Assembly (NCBI RefSeq): GCF_001194135.2 | Contig: NC_068988.1 | Location: 28,077,709 to 28,131,516, forward strand | Origin: Octopus bimaculoides | Taxonomy: Eukaryota | DNA length: 53,808 nucleotides | Reading direction: 5' to 3' | Shown here: positions 49,800 through 53,808 of the stretch, one piece after another | Layout: every line of letters starts with the position of its first letter | Numbering within the stretch: position 1 is the stretch's first letter | The notes under the pieces: generated by a model | What the model saw: the letters and a program-made list of their open reading frames with translations, nothing else | Told to the model about the DNA's origin: nothing | Databases searched by the model: none | Made by a program: the position numbers and the translations under genes

Positions 49800-50220
49800 C
49801 TGATGGCAGATAATTTCAATGCAGCCTTCCTACATGAAAAGATTCCTGCCCCACATCTAGCCTGGTCTGTGTTGGTGAGTGATTTCCAGCCAATCAGTTT
49901 TAGAGACCTTTGTTAGAATAGGATCTAGGATGCCTGTGTGTGTGTAGCAACAGTACATTCTTAAATGTGGAAGCAGCACTTAATTGTGGATCTCACTTGA
50001 ATTTTGGAGACAGCTAATAATTACCGGGGTTTGAAATATTTTCCAGCTCTGAAGAGGAAACTCAGTCTTAGCAATGCAGTTTTTGGCAATGTTGAGAATA
50101 TGCATTTGCCAGGAGAGATACTTGCTAATGGTGAGATCAAGCATGCATAGCAATGTTGACAGTTCTAGTTGCATGCTATCTTTGTTTAGCAGGTTCAGGT
50201 GCATTAATATTTTCTTTATA
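49800..50220 (-). mobile_element. Decayed CR1/Jockey-type LINE RT C-terminal fragment
   Basis: Frameshifted LSWQMHILNIAK...LSFLFRAGKYF...QVRSTIKCCFHI. Confidence 0.5.
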
Positions 50221-50294
50221 TATGTAATGTTGTTTGTATAATTTATCCATTCTTGAGATAAAAGTTCATAGCTCAAATATTGTCAGAGTATCAT

Positions 50295-50670
50295 GTTCAT
50301 CATCATTTAACATTCACTTTTCTATGCTTGGCCAGATGGAAGCTGTTGAGGCATATTTCTTACAGCTGGATGGCTTTCCTGTCATCAACCCTTAACTGTT
50401 TCCAAACAAGGTAATGTTTTCCCAGAGTTAGACAAGTCTTTCACAGAAAACTGGAAACAAACCACCCCACTTATATGATGATGATGCTCGTTTACAACCA
50501 TCATATAATGTCTAGTCAAGGATACACACAAACGACAGGCTTCTTTCACTTTCCTTCTACCAAATCCACTCTTCTACTACTTTGGTTAACCCAGGTCTAT
50601 AGCAAAAGACAACTGCACAAGGTGCCATGTAGTGGAACTAAACCAAACCACTGTGCCATCTTGGAAGTAT
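50295..50670 (-). mobile_element. SINE-like family C: SINE-A head joined to an RTE-like tail (fragments at ~21000-21160, 37672-37900, 49195-49310)
   Basis: RTE-type catcatttaac...ttt(c)catgc end joined to a SINE-A 5' half. Confidence 0.55.
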
Positions 50671-51869
50671 GAGAAAACTAGATTTTTACGATGCATATAA
50701 TTACACATAGGTTTTAATGAGAACAAATTGGGTTATGCAAATTTCATTCAATTTTAATAACATTAAAAGTTAATGAAAGTATTTAAGACGATTCAGTAGT
50801 TAAGATTAATTTCAAAATTAAAAATAAAATAAAATCCACTCCAATAATGTTAACACAGTCTATTGTTAATTATAGAGTTAATTAGTGAAAATATCATTTA
50901 CTTAAATGATTTATTTCTACTGAAAATTAATTGGGTCTCTCATGCTGACTGTCTATCTTTCACATTCATCTCCTTCCCTGTCCTGTTGGTAGCCAAGTAA
51001 CCCCTCTATAGTAAGACAATTATCTCTGTCCCTCACCTAACTCACAGCCACTTTCCTCAGTTCCATCCCTCTCTCAGCTGTGAGGTCTTTGTTTTGCAAT
51101 CTACCTGGCGATCCCACTGGTGCCATGTAAAAAGCATCCAGCATACTCTGTAAAGAGGATGACGTTAGGAAGGGCATCCAGCCGTAGAAATCAAACCAAA
51201 ACAGACAAATGGTGCATGGTGTAGCTCACCAGCTCGCAGCTCCTGTTGAACCGTCCAACCCATGCCAGCATGGAAAACGGACATTCACTGATGATGATGG
51301 TGTTCTATAAAAAGCTCTGATGTGGATGATAAAAAGAAGCCATACATCAAAATCAATTATTAACACAGGAACTAGCCAATGAGCGAGCTTCTACACTCGA
51401 CCAGCAGAAAATAGCAGCTAAGTTTCCATCAAATTACACCTTCCCAATCTTTAAAGGCAAACACACAGCATAATGTAGTTGTAGATATTTTTAAAAAAAT
51501 GGAATGGTCATGTCTGGAATACCTTTGATTATAGCTCTGCTTGATCAGGGCTGCTTGGGGTAAATAACAACAAATAAAGCATAATTTTATAATGACTCAA
51601 CAGGTTCAGTGGAAGGTCTTAGATTAATAAGATAAAGAGAGCATCTAATCCTAATTAAGAGCAAATTTGTCATCCTCAGCTTCTTATGACTCAACACAGC
51701 AGAATTAAAATCACTACTCATGTTTATTATATATTATTTTTGAAATGCAAACAAAAAATTACCCAAAGGAACTTCTATGCTAAATCTTGGAAAATCATTA
51801 CAAGTTTAATTAAAAGGAAAGGAAACTGACATCATATAAACATCTTCCAAAAAAAAAAAAAAATTGACT

Positions 51870-51906
<37 letters not shown>

Positions 51907-52079
51907 TTTCATTTCGGAAATGCTACTGTAATAGTTTAATAGAAATTAGTGCAACATAAAGATCACTGGGATAGAATCATAACAACTCCTAGCAACTGAC
52001 AATAGTGTCTCGTGACAATCAATAGACCAGAGTTGTGTGTGTGTGTACACACACATGCAAACTCCAGTAGTTCTCTCAA

Positions 52080-52450
52080 CCAGTACAGCATTCGCTATTT
52101 GGCAGTTACCTATTTGCAAGAGACCAATGACCTATTACAAGCATTAAATACAAATGAATGAATATATATGCCTTTTTTCTTCTTCTTTTTTTTTTTTTTC
52201 AGTGCCAAATACATTCACAGATAGGAATAGTCGTCATCAACGAGGAAACAACGCAACAACTGAACGACTACATTAACTGACATTATTATATTATCTACTA
52301 ATAATTCATTTAACTTGCGGTTGAGACTTACTCCGGAAATTTGAATTCATAAAATATGTCTCAAGACGTTCATTATTTTATTAGGGCTTGACGTCGAAAA
52401 GAAAAAAAAGATAAATTATGCATATATATATATATATATATTGAAAACAT
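52080..52450 (-). promoter_or_regulatory. Putative promoter/first exon (donor GTAAGT at 52331-52326; CRE-like TGACGTC at 52389-52395)
   Basis: About 10 CpGs in ~320 nt of unique sequence against a CpG-poor background, plus a consensus minus-strand donor. Confidence 0.35.
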
Positions 52451-53759
52451 ATCCCCTGCATAATACATCTATTCTCTGAATATGTATATGTGAAAGTATT
52501 TAAATTATTCGAGCATATTGCATACATAATACTTATGTATTCATATATTTTCTGCATGCACAAACATTTATCTCACGGTTTGTGGTATACCACACTACTT
52601 CTGTACACATATACGACTCTGTGTGTCCCTGTGTGTGTGTGTGTGTGTGCTAGCTTGTCTTTACAGATTGTTTACATAAACAACATCCAAAGATGCCCCG
52701 TCAACACTAAGTAAATATTGCAAACTGAAAGCAATTCCAGTAGTTTTCACTGCGTTCAGTTGGTAATAATAATAACAAATATCACTTAGTAATAGTAATG
52801 AAAATAAACAGCAATAAAAGCTCACAGATTTAGGATGAATAATCCAAGTCAAACGACAACAGGCTGTGAAACCAAATGTAGAAATACGAAAAACCAAGAA
52901 TTCTTAACTGGTCTTTGTTAATTTATTTAGGAGGAGTGAGAGGGAAATGGTTAAACTAAGATAAACAACTAATACTTCGATAAGATAATATTAGGACAAA
53001 TGTCTCTGGGTCTCTGAGTGTATATCTTTCTTGCATCACATCTATTCTAATGTATTATCATCTTTCATTACAGTATGGAAGGAAACCTGGTCGTCCGTCT
53101 CTGCATCCCTCAAAATAATGTTAGTGTTGTTGTTGTTTAGCACCAGGTCTGACCCGATAGAATAGGTCTACTACTAACAGAGACGTTTCAGCCATGTCCA
53201 GCCAGTCTTTATTTTTTGTAGATCGAGGACTTCATTGTCCAGTGAGACCTGTATGTATATATTTAGATGGTTGGGTGTGAGCTTGAAGGAGGAAATCTGA
53301 CTGCTATTTCTAATAGCTTCTTGGCTCGATGATTTTTGTACTGTGTTGTAATGTTTTTGAATACGTTTTGAAGAACTGAAGGAAGAATTCCTTCCACTGC
53401 CCAACATGTTATATGTATGTGTATGCGTATAAATATATATGTGTGTGGGTGTGTATAAATATATGTGTGTGTGTATATATATATATGTGTGTGTGTGTGT
53501 GTACACACACACACATACATATGGCATACGTACATAAGTATGCCCCCACCCGATTGTGTTTCCTGATAACTTTCAGAAAAAATACTTTCAATGAAATTTT
53601 ATACAAACACCTTTCAGACATTACAGGTGTACATTAGGATTTCATCAGAATTCCTTGCATATATATACGAGTGTATATATGCATTTGAACGTGAAGGCAA
53701 ACTATTGAATGAAGGCTTACACACCTGATAAAACATGCAATAATTCATTATTACAGACA

Positions 53760-53808
<49 letters not shown>

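Noticed and set aside
53175-53245. GAAACGTC on the minus strand suggesting a third hammerhead
   Set aside because: No CUGANGA box or stems; lies at the edge of a family-D repeat fragment

Overview
AT-rich, repeat-dense animal genomic DNA from a draft scaffold with seven N-gaps. The SINE/LINE families and (TA)n tracts suggest a coleoid cephalopod (Octopus), which is an inference. The only clear host gene lies on the minus strand: 11 hand-assembled GT-AG coding exons from 19468 down to 2389. They give a stop-free frame of 682 codons encoding BTB1, a Ser-rich linker, BTB2 and a BACK-like region, most similar to BTBD8/KIAA1107 (APache). The gene continues off the left edge. Positions 19.5-53.8 kb look like 5'-UTR introns or upstream DNA, with candidate non-coding exons and a CpG-enriched putative promoter near 52.3 kb. 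The rest is transposon-derived: RTE LINE pieces, tRNA- and Nin/Deu-domain SINEs, mariner relics (one a foldback of two left ends), Tc2/Kanga-like and TTAA-ended MITEs, Helentron-like elements and a probable solo LTR. The most notable signal is two different short elements carrying minimal hammerhead-ribozyme motifs (Penelope-like/retrozyme-like). Repeat boundaries are approximate; exon boundaries were checked base by base.
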